From assembly GCA_027619975.1 (NCBI GenBank), contig JAQCGX010000012.1, forward strand, positions 6,845 through 70,844: a stretch of 64,000 bases of DNA, in the 5' to 3' direction. Numbering within the stretch: the stretch's first letter is position 1; every line of letters begins with the position of its first letter. Position numbers and translations under genes: made by a program. The notes beneath the pieces were generated by a model. The model was not told the origin of the DNA and did no database searches. It saw only the letters and a program-made list of their open reading frames with translations. Source of the stretch: Nitrospinota bacterium. GTDB taxonomy: Bacteria; Nitrospinota; Nitrospinia; Nitrospinales; VA-1. Below, one piece after another: positions 46,187 through 55,374 of this stretch.

Positions 46187-49100
46187 TCAGGGTTGACCGT
46201 ACAGCTGTTTGTAAACTCCGTGGTTTCGCGAGACATGCTTCACGTAGCCCCTGGTTTCCGGATAAGGGATAGATTCGATAAAAACATCGGGATCTTTAAT
46301 GTCACGGAACCGTTCGAGCCATTTTTTCAGGACATGCGGTCCGGCGTTATAGGAAATAAGGATGTGAGTGCCATTTTTTCCAAATTTTTTGTGCAATTGG
46401 CTCAGGTATTTGATTCCCAGTTGAATGTTGAGGTCGGGGTCGAACAGAAGTTCCTTGGTAAAAGGGGGGTCATATGGGTCGGAGGCATACAACCGTTTTC
46501 CCGTTTCCGGCATGATTTGCATGACCCCTCGGGCTCCTGCCGGGGACAGGGATTGCGCGTCGAACAAACTTTCCTGGCGAATCAGTCCTTTGACAAAATA
46601 GGGATCGATATCATACCTCAGGGAAGCCTCCTGGATGGTTTCGGCGTAGGCAAGTGGAAAAAAATATTTCCAGAATTGTTCCGAGAGATCCTTCTCTCCA
46701 TATTTGGAATGATAGTCTCTATAAAGATGAAGCAGGTGAACCGATTCTGAAAAGGCTCTTGCTTCATTATAAAGACTGGAAAGCCACATCACACCCGCCA
46801 GATTTTTTCTTACAGATTTTTGCAGAGTGGAAATTTCCCATTTGGCGTTTTTATAAAAGCCCAATTGGATCATTTCTCTTGCCCTGGTATGATGAATCTT
46901 TTCCTGTGGGGTCAGTGGGCGATCCAATCGAACGGAAGGCGTGTTCTCATTCATCAAAGCGACTTTTTTAACGCTGTAAGGGATCTGTTTTTTAGAGGGG
47001 GCCAAAACGGAATCGGCACTCACCCGCTCTCTGGCTCTTATCCCGTAATATGTATAAGGGTAATCTTGTGCAACGTCCCTGTAAATTTTATGGGCTGCCT
47101 TTTTCTTTCCCAATCCTTCCAGGGATTTCCCCTGCCAGAATAAATTGTATTCTATGAAATCTCCTTCAGGAAAATGCCTGGCATTTTCCCTGAACTGATC
47201 ATGGGCTTTTTGATATTGGTTGCTGAGATAATGGATCCACCCCATGCGCCAGGCCGCCCATTGGGAATATTCGGCGTTGCCGAACTGGGCAACCACATGG
47301 TTGTATTGCTTGAGGGCTTGTTGATTCTGTTTATTCTCTTCATAAATTCGACCAATAATAAATTGCGATTTGATCGAAACATTAGAAACTTTGTTTTTCG
47401 TGTTGGACTTTTTTAAAAAATCAATGGCCGCCTGATCCTTGCCCAGATTCCACAGGTTGCGTCCGATTTGATATTGGACTTCATCTGCGCGGCTGTGTGT
47501 CGGATACTGTTTTAATAACGCTTTAAGTGTTTGATTGGCTTCCGATCTTTTTTTAAGGCCCTGATAGGCACTGGCCAGATAAAAATAATAGTTCTCAGGC
47601 ATTTTGGGGCCGGGTGGGTTCGATTCCTGAATCTCCTGGATCACTTGCTCATAACGAACCCCAGCCAGAAGATTTTTAATTCTGAGAGACCGTTCATCGA
47701 GGGTAAGCGGAACGGAGGCAACGTCTGGCAGAGCCCCAAAACGTTTCATCTCCGGAAGCGCCTGCAAGGTGACGGGATCGGCTGGATGATGGATAAAGAG
47801 CTTTCGGTATAGAGTGTACGCTTTGCTGTTTTGTTGCAGTTCCTGGTGGAGTTCTGCCTGTTGCGATATTATTTTCGGGAGCGACTTTTTAAATTCCTCG
47901 ATAGCCGAATTGGCGGAAATCCATTGGGCCACCTGATCCAAAGCGCTGATGGCCTGTTCGGTTTTCCCCAGTTTTTTTAAAATGTCCGCGTGCAGGAGTT
48001 GCACCTGGGGATAGATAACGGTTTCGGGAAAGTTTTGCAGCAAATGCGTTACCTGTTTCAGAGCGGCTTCGTTTTCTTCTTGCCGTGAAAATGCCTGCGC
48101 CAGAGAAAAGCGAACATAATCTTCTATTTCCGGATACTCCATCAGGCTTTTCAGAAATAACTCGACCGCTTTTTTTGTATTATTTTTTTCGAGATTGATA
48201 TGCGCCAGGAGATAATGAGACCGTTTGATATTCTCCGGGTTGGAACCCGAATTGATACCGGCAAGCAGATGGTTTTCCGCTTTGGAATAATGCCCGAGGG
48301 TGAATTGCTGAACTCCCTTTTGATAGGACGATAATTCCTCTGTTTGCCCCGAAGTGGGGAAAGCGAAGCACAATACGCAAGCCAGCATCAAGGCGACGGA
48401 CTGGGGCAGACAGGACAGAATTTTATCTCTCAGGCTTTCCGGCCCATCTGCTTTTCCGGCAGGAATGGGAATGGTGTCGGGAACTTTTTTAAACCAGGTG
48501 ATCTGCCGCTTGGCGTAATGGCGGGTATCCCGTTTGATTTCATACACCGCCCGGTCCAGAGGTATGGAACCTTCCAGATGATTGATCACCTGGGCATAAC
48601 CAATGCTGTTAAACGGTTTTAAAGTTTTACAAAATCCCCGGTTCAGGAGTCCCTTCACTTCATCGATAAGACCCATCGTCATCATTGCGTCCACCCGTTT
48701 ATCAATATTGTCATACAGCTCCTGACGATCCCATTGGAGCAGGAACGTTTTTATGGGAAATTCATAGGTCGCGGGAATTTCCTCGTTGTGAAACTCAGAA
48801 AATTTTCTTCCGGTTTGGCGGTAGACTCCGAGCGCCCGTTCGATCCTGATCGCATCGGTTGTTTGGATCGACGTCGCATACACAGGATCTATTGCTTTCA
48901 GTTCTTCGTGCATGAACTCGACGCCTTTTTCGCGGATTTCGGATTGAATCGCATTTTTTATGTCCGTGGAAATGGGAGCCGCGCAATCGAAATCCTGAGT
49001 CAGCACCTTGATGTAGAGACCGGTGCCTCCAACGACAATGGGTATTTTACCCCGCCCAATAATTTCCCGCACTGCTTTCAGCGCTCTTACTTTAAAATCA

Positions 49101-49321
49101 AAGGCATTAAAATCTTCATCCGGTTCCAGAATGTCGATGAGATGATGAACCACGCGTTGCCGGGCCTCCGGTGGGGGCTTAGCGGTTCCGATATCAAAGT
49201 ATTTATAGACCTGCATTGAATCGGCGTTGATGATTTCCGTATTGAGCTTTTCAGCTAACGCCATTGCCGTATCGCTCTTTTTCGATGTGGTTGGACCGGT
49301 CAGTATGATTAAAGGAATCAT
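46187..49321 (-). CDS. miaA: Single ORF fusing tRNA dimethylallyltransferase (MiaA, about aa 1-290), a hydrophobic segment and an Slt70-like soluble lytic transglycosylase
   Basis: 1,044 aa with no stop between the parts. MiaA motifs: LTGPTTSKKS, ADSMQVYKYFDIGTAKP, HHLID, VGGTGLY and RQITWF. A hydrophobic stretch VALMLACVLCFAFP follows. A helical-repeat region then leads to SLT motifs LIRQESLFD, GARGVMQIMP and SYNAGP. Confidence 0.8.
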   Translation of the reverse strand: MIPLIILTGPTTSKKSDTAMALAEKLNTEIINADSMQVYKYFDIGTAKPPPEARQRVVHHLIDILEPDEDFNAFDFKVRALKAVREIIGRGKIPIVVGGTGLYIKVLTQDFDCAAPISTDIKNAIQSEIREKGVEFMHEELKAIDPVYATSIQTTDAIRIERALGVYRQTGRKFSEFHNEEIPATYEFPIKTFLLQWDRQELYDNIDKRVDAMMTMGLIDEVKGLLNRGFCKTLKPFNSIGYAQVINHLEGSIPLDRAVYEIKRDTRHYAKRQITWFKKVPDTIPIPAGKADGPESLRDKILSCLPQSVALMLACVLCFAFPTSGQTEELSSYQKGVQQFTLGHYSKAENHLLAGINSGSNPENIKRSHYLLAHINLEKNNTKKAVELFLKSLMEYPEIEDYVRFSLAQAFSRQEENEAALKQVTHLLQNFPETVIYPQVQLLHADILKKLGKTEQAISALDQVAQWISANSAIEEFKKSLPKIISQQAELHQELQQNSKAYTLYRKLFIHHPADPVTLQALPEMKRFGALPDVASVPLTLDERSLRIKNLLAGVRYEQVIQEIQESNPPGPKMPENYYFYLASAYQGLKKRSEANQTLKALLKQYPTHSRADEVQYQIGRNLWNLGKDQAAIDFLKKSNTKNKVSNVSIKSQFIIGRIYEENKQNQQALKQYNHVVAQFGNAEYSQWAAWRMGWIHYLSNQYQKAHDQFRENARHFPEGDFIEYNLFWQGKSLEGLGKKKAAHKIYRDVAQDYPYTYYGIRARERVSADSVLAPSKKQIPYSVKKVALMNENTPSVRLDRPLTPQEKIHHTRAREMIQLGFYKNAKWEISTLQKSVRKNLAGVMWLSSLYNEARAFSESVHLLHLYRDYHSKYGEKDLSEQFWKYFFPLAYAETIQEASLRYDIDPYFVKGLIRQESLFDAQSLSPAGARGVMQIMPETGKRLYASDPYDPPFTKELLFDPDLNIQLGIKYLSQLHKKFGKNGTHILISYNAGPHVLKKWLERFRDIKDPDVFIESIPYPETRGYVKHVSRNHGVYKQLYGQP

Positions 49322-49994
49322 AGATAGTTCGCATCTCTTCCGTGTATGAGTTGTCTGCTTTGCACAGGGTGAGCGGAGGTTCCACGGCGCAGTCCACCTG
49401 GCAACCCTTGACCCCTTCTACCAGAAAAATTTTAGCATCCGCACCGCTTGTGCCATGAATAAAACGCAGGCGCGAAGGAAACACTGCATACTGTTTCATT
49501 TCAGAGAGCACCTCCGTCAACCGGTGCGGGGGGTATGCCAAGGCGATTTTGCCTCCCGGTTTCAATAGAGAAGCGCTTTGTTTCAGAATCGATTGCAGAT
49601 TGAGTGAAAGTTCATGTCTGGCAATGGCCTTTTCCTCGTTAGGGTTGGTGCGTCCGGTGTTGATCTTCCGGTACGGCGGATTGGAGATGGCCAGATCAAA
49701 GGTTTCATTTCCCATCGTTGCCGCCACTTGCAAAAAATCCCCGTGGATCACCTGAATATGGCTTGAAAGTCCATTTTCTGCCACATTTTGTCGAGCCAGG
49801 TCGTGGAGTGACTTCTGAACTTCAACGGCGGTGATTTTCAACCCAGGCTCCAGGGTCATCAGGAGAAGGGAGATGATCCCGCATCCGGTTCCCACATCCA
49901 AAACCTGAAACCCCGGTTGTACCCGTATGAAGTCCGCCAACAGAAAGGGTTCAACGGAATACCGGTAACCTTGTGCGCTTTGTTCAATGATCAT
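49251..49994 (-). CDS. tRNA (adenine-N6)-methyltransferase-like protein (TrmN6/YfiC family)
   Basis: 247 aa. SAM motif VLDVGTGCGIISLLL and catalytic SNPPY (ISNPPYRK). Its last 71 nt overlap the miaA-slt ORF in another frame. Confidence 0.7.
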   Translation of the reverse strand: MIIEQSAQGYRYSVEPFLLADFIRVQPGFQVLDVGTGCGIISLLLMTLEPGLKITAVEVQKSLHDLARQNVAENGLSSHIQVIHGDFLQVAATMGNETFDLAISNPPYRKINTGRTNPNEEKAIARHELSLNLQSILKQSASLLKPGGKIALAYPPHRLTEVLSEMKQYAVFPSRLRFIHGTSGADAKIFLVEGVKGCQVDCAVEPPLTLCKADNSYTEEMRTIYDSFNHTDRSNHIEKERYGNGVS

Positions 49995-50272
49995 GGAAAA
50001 TATGATTTTAAAGACATCTTTTATTCACAGGAGAACCATATATCTCATTGTAAATTAGCATTTTATAGGATTTTTGCTGCTTTGGCAATGAAGTCTTCTT
50101 TCGTCCTGAAAGGCTGGAGGATGTTTTCAGCGAACCGGGAAAAGGCAGTACTTTTTATTCCATCCTGCTAAAAGTATAGCAATAAATATTAAAAACGAGC
50201 CGTAAAACCCTTGTTTTTCCGTTCACAAAGAAATCTTCTCCTGTCACCCTGTTTTTAGCAGGCCGATTCGCG

Positions 50273-50302
50273 ATTGCCTCCATACAACTATTTGTTATAT
50301 AA
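50273..50302 (+). promoter_or_regulatory. Sigma70-type promoter candidate (TTGCCT, 18 nt, then TATAAT)
   Basis: ttgcct at 50273-50278 and tataat at 50297-50302, upstream of the plus-strand genes of the AT-rich island. Confidence 0.35.
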
Positions 50303-50386
50303 TAGTTTAATTCTAATTAGCTAGGAACTTCGGGGTGTTCGCGCGTCGAGTTTTGTCCTTCATTGCATTCATAAAGAGGCGACCGG

Positions 50387-50668
50387 ATGGATTTTTTGGC
50401 AGTCGAACAGATTTGGGGAGTCTTCATGTTTTTCCTGGGTGCAGGGGTGTTGAATTTGTGCAATCGTTGGGAACGCCAGGACGAGGAGTGGTTGAAGGAC
50501 CCGAGAAACAAATATAGAAAATCCAGAAGAAAAAATGATTTTGCCATCCCCACCACGGTTCGCGGGACGCTCATGACAATCACAGGAAGCCTGCTGTCAT
50601 TTTCAGGGATAACGATGTTCTTTCTTCATATTCCTTTTAACTCAACAACAGGTAAATTTTATTTCTGA
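50387..50668 (+). CDS. Small hypothetical membrane protein (93 aa, two hydrophobic helices)
   Basis: The ATG is preceded by aagagg. Hydrophobic segments are IWGVFMFFLGAGVL and LMTITGSLLSFSGITMFFL. Confidence 0.45.
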   Translation: MDFLAVEQIWGVFMFFLGAGVLNLCNRWERQDEEWLKDPRNKYRKSRRKNDFAIPTTVRGTLMTITGSLLSFSGITMFFLHIPFNSTTGKFYF

Positions 50669-50684
50669 ATTTACATGGGAACTG

Positions 50685-51842
50685 ATGAATGCAAAATTTA
50701 AGTATTACTTTTTTAATGATAATTGCGCACACCGTATTTCAAAAATTTTGGAACTTGCTACAGGGCTTAATCTATCGAGCTCACACGGATTTTGGTTGTT
50801 GCCTATGCAAGTCGTAAGAACCCTTGGGAAGGAAAATGAAAAAGAAAATTTTGACCTTATTAAACAAGAAAAATATCACCCTTCTTTAAAAAGAACCTTT
50901 TTTGATAAGTTTAACTTGTTAAGCAAAAAGGAAAAAAGTGATTTTATTGGATTTTTTACTTTATCTAATCCAGAGCAAATAGAAACAGCAAAAACACTAA
51001 ACACAAAAATACTCATCCTCATATTAGATTACCTTGATATACAAGTGGCTAAAGGAACGGCAAAGGATAAAGACGAAAAAATATTGAATCATTTGCAAAC
51101 CCAGCGCTCATTAATCCTAAGCCAGCTTTGGAGCTATCCAACGAAATCCATTAAAGAATACGAGGAGAAAGGATATCAATCTAACTCTTTATTAACATCG
51201 CAACCTGCTTCTGTAGTAAGAGCAGGCTTTGGAAGAAGAGAGGGGTCTAGTTTTATTAGAACCAGCTATCGGGTAGCTAATAATGATTTTTTAAATATTT
51301 CTAACCCCGGTCAGGAAATTTCAAAGTTCATTATGGGCGAAGTGGAAACCGAAATTACCGAGAAATCTGCAAGATTGACTAAAGCGACTTTGATAGATAT
51401 TGTTAATTTTAATACCAACCCTCTACCAATTAGGGTTACTAAAGAGTTCTCGTGGGGTATGAAAGTTGATTATTCTCCCAGGAGTGATGTTTGCTCTAAT
51501 TGTTCCACTTTAGGGGTAGAGCCTAAGGGAGGTATTGCTACCCGATTAAATAGTCAATTAATGCTGTATGGATTGACAGGAGGACGAATTCATACCAAAC
51601 AAGGAAATCGGGGAATTTTTACCTGGGTGTCTGAGGTCGGTGCATTTATTAATATAACGAGAAACATTCTATTAGGGCTCTCTGCAAATTATTATAATGA
51701 CCCAATTTTAGGCCATTCAGAATATATTCTTAAAGGGAACGTGGGGTTTAATATGTCTCGAAACTATGATTTTAGGGTATCGGTGGAGAGTGATGGGGAA
51801 GACATGGTATCTCAGATCAATGTAGGATATTTTTTTGACTGA
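50685..51842 (+). CDS. Hypothetical protein in an AT-rich island, possibly an N-terminally truncated DUF4105 (Lnb-like) protein
   Basis: 385 aa. It begins MNAKFKYYFFNDNCAHRISKILE, which resembles the Y-x-F-x3-NC motif that normally sits at the end of the DUF4105 N-terminal domain. The rest is beta-rich and ends ...QINVGYFFD. Confidence 0.5.
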   Translation: MNAKFKYYFFNDNCAHRISKILELATGLNLSSSHGFWLLPMQVVRTLGKENEKENFDLIKQEKYHPSLKRTFFDKFNLLSKKEKSDFIGFFTLSNPEQIETAKTLNTKILILILDYLDIQVAKGTAKDKDEKILNHLQTQRSLILSQLWSYPTKSIKEYEEKGYQSNSLLTSQPASVVRAGFGRREGSSFIRTSYRVANNDFLNISNPGQEISKFIMGEVETEITEKSARLTKATLIDIVNFNTNPLPIRVTKEFSWGMKVDYSPRSDVCSNCSTLGVEPKGGIATRLNSQLMLYGLTGGRIHTKQGNRGIFTWVSEVGAFINITRNILLGLSANYYNDPILGHSEYILKGNVGFNMSRNYDFRVSVESDGEDMVSQINVGYFFD

Positions 51843-51916
51843 TTATTTAGGGAAATTTTTTATCATTCCGATGTATCTCAAAATAGAGTGCATTATTTTT
51901 TGAACTATTTCCCCAA

Positions 51917-52885
51917 TCAAAATGGCCAGAACCCCGGCTTCTTTTCCGTGAGCAGGGTAGCGATGGATTCTTTTTCATAAATCACCGGGTATTGGCGCAA
52001 GGTGACGAGATATCCGTCCTTGGGGGCGGAATATTCCTCAAGAGTTTCTCCCGAATAAATTCCTCTCAGCTCTCCCAGCTTTTGTCCCTGTTTCAGAAAG
52101 CTTCCGACCGGTACCTCCGGGATAAACAGCCCGGCATGCGATGAAACCACATGACACTGCCCAGCTTGCGGATAAATTTGCAGTTGGGGTTTTTCCTTCT
52201 TCTTTCTGACGGTAGAAAGTACGCCTGTGTGCACCATCAAGTCGATGAGGCCATCCAACAGGGCATCGCCCAATGGCCGATCCAGAGCGCCGGGTTTTCC
52301 TGCAGAGAGGATGAGAGAGGGAATACTGTTTTCCAGCCAGTGATAAAACAGGCTCAATTTGAAATTCGAGGTCGGGATAAGTTCCTGAACCATTTCCAGC
52401 CCCAGGCTTTGCGCCATCTTTTTGCTGGCGCGGTTGGGATCGACTAGTTGCACATGAGGTGCGTCTTCATAATGGGGGTGCGCCGTTTTGAGGAGGATCG
52501 CATGCGTCGAATCTACGGTGTGGGTATAGAGGGAGCGGGCGATTTGCTCCGCGCCCTCGCCTTTATCGTTTCCTGGAAAAGCCAGGTCAAGATCGAGATC
52601 ATCGAAAGACCACAACCGCTCCCCCGATTGCACCGCATGGACATTCACCACGGGAAATATTTGCACCTGTCCTTTTAATTTAAAATCGGGCTCATGCCCT
52701 GCCACGACACTATCCAGAAAGCGGGTCAGGAGGGAATTGATATACAGTCCGTTCACCTGGTCGCCGTGCATGCCGCTGACGATGGAAAGGATGTTGTCGG
52801 AGGGTTTACCGCCCACCCAGGAGTTTTTGCAAAGCGTAACGTCGCCGCTAAAAGGAGATGAAATGGATAGCAGGGTTTCTTTCAC
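51917..52885 (-). CDS. Succinylglutamate desuccinylase/aspartoacylase (AstE/AspA, M14-like) family protein
   Basis: 322 aa. Zn-site context IVSGMHGDQVNG. Its start overlaps the stop of the upstream paralog. Confidence 0.7.
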   Translation of the reverse strand: MKETLLSISSPFSGDVTLCKNSWVGGKPSDNILSIVSGMHGDQVNGLYINSLLTRFLDSVVAGHEPDFKLKGQVQIFPVVNVHAVQSGERLWSFDDLDLDLAFPGNDKGEGAEQIARSLYTHTVDSTHAILLKTAHPHYEDAPHVQLVDPNRASKKMAQSLGLEMVQELIPTSNFKLSLFYHWLENSIPSLILSAGKPGALDRPLGDALLDGLIDLMVHTGVLSTVRKKKEKPQLQIYPQAGQCHVVSSHAGLFIPEVPVGSFLKQGQKLGELRGIYSGETLEEYSAPKDGYLVTLRQYPVIYEKESIATLLTEKKPGFWPF

Positions 52886-53862
52886 TGGGGGCTGGTTTCT
52901 TTTAAGGCGATTCGGGCCAGTGTCGCTCCCTCATAAGTCACCGGTTGTTCCCTGAGGGTGAACAGCACCCCGCTTGCGGGAAAGGTGACTGTTTCCAGCG
53001 TTTTTCCTTGCACGGCATCGATGATTTTCCCCAGCGGTTCCCCCTTGTTCACATGGTCTCCCAACGCGACGTTGCTGATGAACAAACCGGAATGGTTGGC
53101 CTGCACCAGTGCGACCTGTCTGGGGTTGACCCGTAGAGATTGTTTCACCTGCTGAGGGGGGCCTTCAAGCTTGAGGACGCCTGTCTGCCGCATCAGATGG
53201 ATCATGCCCTGCAAAATCTGCTCGCAGAAGCCCTGATGGATACGCAGGCTGATGCCTGTCTCCACGACGAGGGTGGGGATTTTCCTGTGGTTGAGGTTGT
53301 AGCCCAGGGTCGATTCAAATACCGGGGCCGAAGGGTGTACCCAGATCAGATCCATATTGCACAAAGCGGCGAGGGGAACGAGCTTTTTGTCGAACCCTTC
53401 AATGATGCGGATTTGTGGCAGTTCTCTCAGGTGCAGATTGCTGGCATGAAAATCCACCACGATATCCGATACGGCTTGCAAGTCATCCAGAAGCGCCGTT
53501 GCGAGTTGGGCGGTGAAAGACGCGTCGTTATTGTCTCCCATTTGCCGGTTCATGTCGTTTTTAAAAAAAGGCGAGAGCCGGGACGTGCATCCCAATGCCT
53601 GCGTATTCACCGCCGGGTAAACATGAATCTCACCCAGAAAGGCTTGCGGTTGGGTGTTTTTGAGTTGCTGAAGGGTTTCGATGAGCCGGTGACAAAGGTA
53701 CACCCCTTCCAGTTCGTCTCCGTGCAGACCCGCCACAAAAGAAATGCGTTTGCCCGGTTTATCCCCGGCGGCGGTAAAGGTCTGCTTGATAATTTCCACC
53801 GGCCTGCCCAGCGGACTTTTAAAGGATACGACGGTTTGAGTTTTCAATCTCTTATTTTCCAC
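52882..53862 (-). CDS. Succinylglutamate desuccinylase/aspartoacylase (AstE/AspA, M14-like) family protein
   Basis: 326 aa. Contains FVAGLHGDELEGVYLCHRLI and VDFHAS. Paralog of the downstream gene. Confidence 0.7.
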   Translation of the reverse strand: MENKRLKTQTVVSFKSPLGRPVEIIKQTFTAAGDKPGKRISFVAGLHGDELEGVYLCHRLIETLQQLKNTQPQAFLGEIHVYPAVNTQALGCTSRLSPFFKNDMNRQMGDNNDASFTAQLATALLDDLQAVSDIVVDFHASNLHLRELPQIRIIEGFDKKLVPLAALCNMDLIWVHPSAPVFESTLGYNLNHRKIPTLVVETGISLRIHQGFCEQILQGMIHLMRQTGVLKLEGPPQQVKQSLRVNPRQVALVQANHSGLFISNVALGDHVNKGEPLGKIIDAVQGKTLETVTFPASGVLFTLREQPVTYEGATLARIALKETSPQ

Positions 53863-53904
53863 CCTGAGGTGGGGGCAGGGCGGGGCCCTTTCGCTTTGCT
53901 GGTT

Positions 53905-55362
53905 TCATGTTGGGTCCGCTGTGTTTTTCTTTTTGATCTGGATTTCCAAGATGTCGATTTTGCGCTTGAGCGTATTGCGGTTGATCCCCAGAGCTTTTGC
54001 CGTCGGCACCTGTTTGCCGGAATAATGGGTCAAAAGAATTTCAAACAGGTGTTTTTCCAGGGACTGCACCAGGCGGTCGTGCAGGTTATCTTCCTCGTTC
54101 CATTCGTTCGCCGACAAATAGTCCTTTATCAGTTGGTCCAACCTTTTTTCCCACAGCTCGTTGGCGGAAGCCGTGTCCCGGTGTTCATTTGCCAGATGAG
54201 AGGGAAGGTGGTCTGGCAAAATAGGGCCTGAAACAGCGAGAACCAGAGCCCGCCTGATCACGTTTTCCAACTCGCGGATGTTTCCCCGCCAGGAGTGGTG
54301 GGTGATCAGTCGCTCGGCCTCAGGCGAGAGATAAACTTCTCCTTTGGTCAGGCCTGCGGAAAACTTTTTTAAAAAATGATTTGCCAGTAAAGGCACATCT
54401 TCCAGACGCTCCCTTAAGGGAGGCATGTGGATGTGGGTGACGTTGAGACGGTGATACAGGTCTTCCCGGAAGCCCTTCCTTTCCATTAACTCTTCAAGGT
54501 TCTGGTTGGTGGCGGCGAGGATGCGAACGTCCACCCGCACCGGCTCTTTGCCGCCGACCCGGTAAAATTCATGATCCTGCAAAGCCCGTAAAATTTTTGC
54601 CTGCAGGGATAATTCCATATCGCCGATTTCATCGAGGAAAAGCGTGCCGCTGTTTGCCAGTTCAAACTTTCCGTGTTTGAGTTCCCCGGCCCCGGTAAAG
54701 GCGCCTTTTTCATGGCCAAACAATTCCGATTCCAGCAATTCCCTGGAAATAGCCGCGCAGTTGATGCAGATAAAAGGCCGGCCCTTGCGTTTGGAATAAT
54801 AATGCAAGGCTCTGGCGACCATTTCCTTGCCCGTGCCGCTCTCGCCGGTGATAAGCACTGGCAAGTCCGTTTCGGCCAATTGGCCGATGGCTTTAAAAAC
54901 CGGCTGCATTTTTTTACTTTTTCCAATGATGGTGTCCACCGTAAAATCGGTGGACTCTTTTTCAATCGGTGTTGTGGGCGGCGCCTGGATACTTTGGCTG
55001 ATAACGGCTTTGTCTATGAGGGCGTAAATTTCATCAAAGTCGAAGGGTTTGCTGATGTAGTCGTGCGCCCCTTTACGCATCGCCTCGATGGTATTGTTCA
55101 TCGTGTCCTGTGCGGTCATCACGACGATTTTGAGATCCGGTGTTATTTCCCTGGCCCGCTCCAGCAGTTCCAACCCGGTCAGGCCTTCCATAAAGATATC
55201 GGTGAACACCATCAGGTAGTCATTAGTTCGAATTTTTTCGAGAGCTTCTTCACCGCTGACCGCAGTGTCCACCCGGAAATTTTTCTTCTCCAAAGCTTTT
55301 TTAAACACCCAGCGGATGTTTTCTTCATCATCGACGATCAAAATTTTATGGTTATTTGCCAT
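53905..55362 (-). CDS. Sigma54-dependent response regulator (NtrC family: REC, AAA+ and Fis-type HTH)
   Basis: 485 aa. Contains ILIVDDEENIR, Walker A GESGTGKE, the sigma54-contact loop GAFTGA, and the C-terminal HTH AKALGINRNTLKRKI. Confidence 0.9.
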   Translation of the reverse strand: MANNHKILIVDDEENIRWVFKKALEKKNFRVDTAVSGEEALEKIRTNDYLMVFTDIFMEGLTGLELLERAREITPDLKIVVMTAQDTMNNTIEAMRKGAHDYISKPFDFDEIYALIDKAVISQSIQAPPTTPIEKESTDFTVDTIIGKSKKMQPVFKAIGQLAETDLPVLITGESGTGKEMVARALHYYSKRKGRPFICINCAAISRELLESELFGHEKGAFTGAGELKHGKFELANSGTLFLDEIGDMELSLQAKILRALQDHEFYRVGGKEPVRVDVRILAATNQNLEELMERKGFREDLYHRLNVTHIHMPPLRERLEDVPLLANHFLKKFSAGLTKGEVYLSPEAERLITHHSWRGNIRELENVIRRALVLAVSGPILPDHLPSHLANEHRDTASANELWEKRLDQLIKDYLSANEWNEEDNLHDRLVQSLEKHLFEILLTHYSGKQVPTAKALGINRNTLKRKIDILEIQIKKKNTADPT

Positions 55363-55374
55363 AGCCTTATTTTA

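Noticed and set aside
53140-54231. A 363-aa plus-strand ORF spanning the AstE-like/NtrC junction, and a 248-aa plus-strand ORF at 54673-55419
   Set aside because: Both are antisense to genes with strong family motifs (HGDELEG; GESGTGKE and GAFTGA). Each crosses a gene boundary or has no motif of its own.
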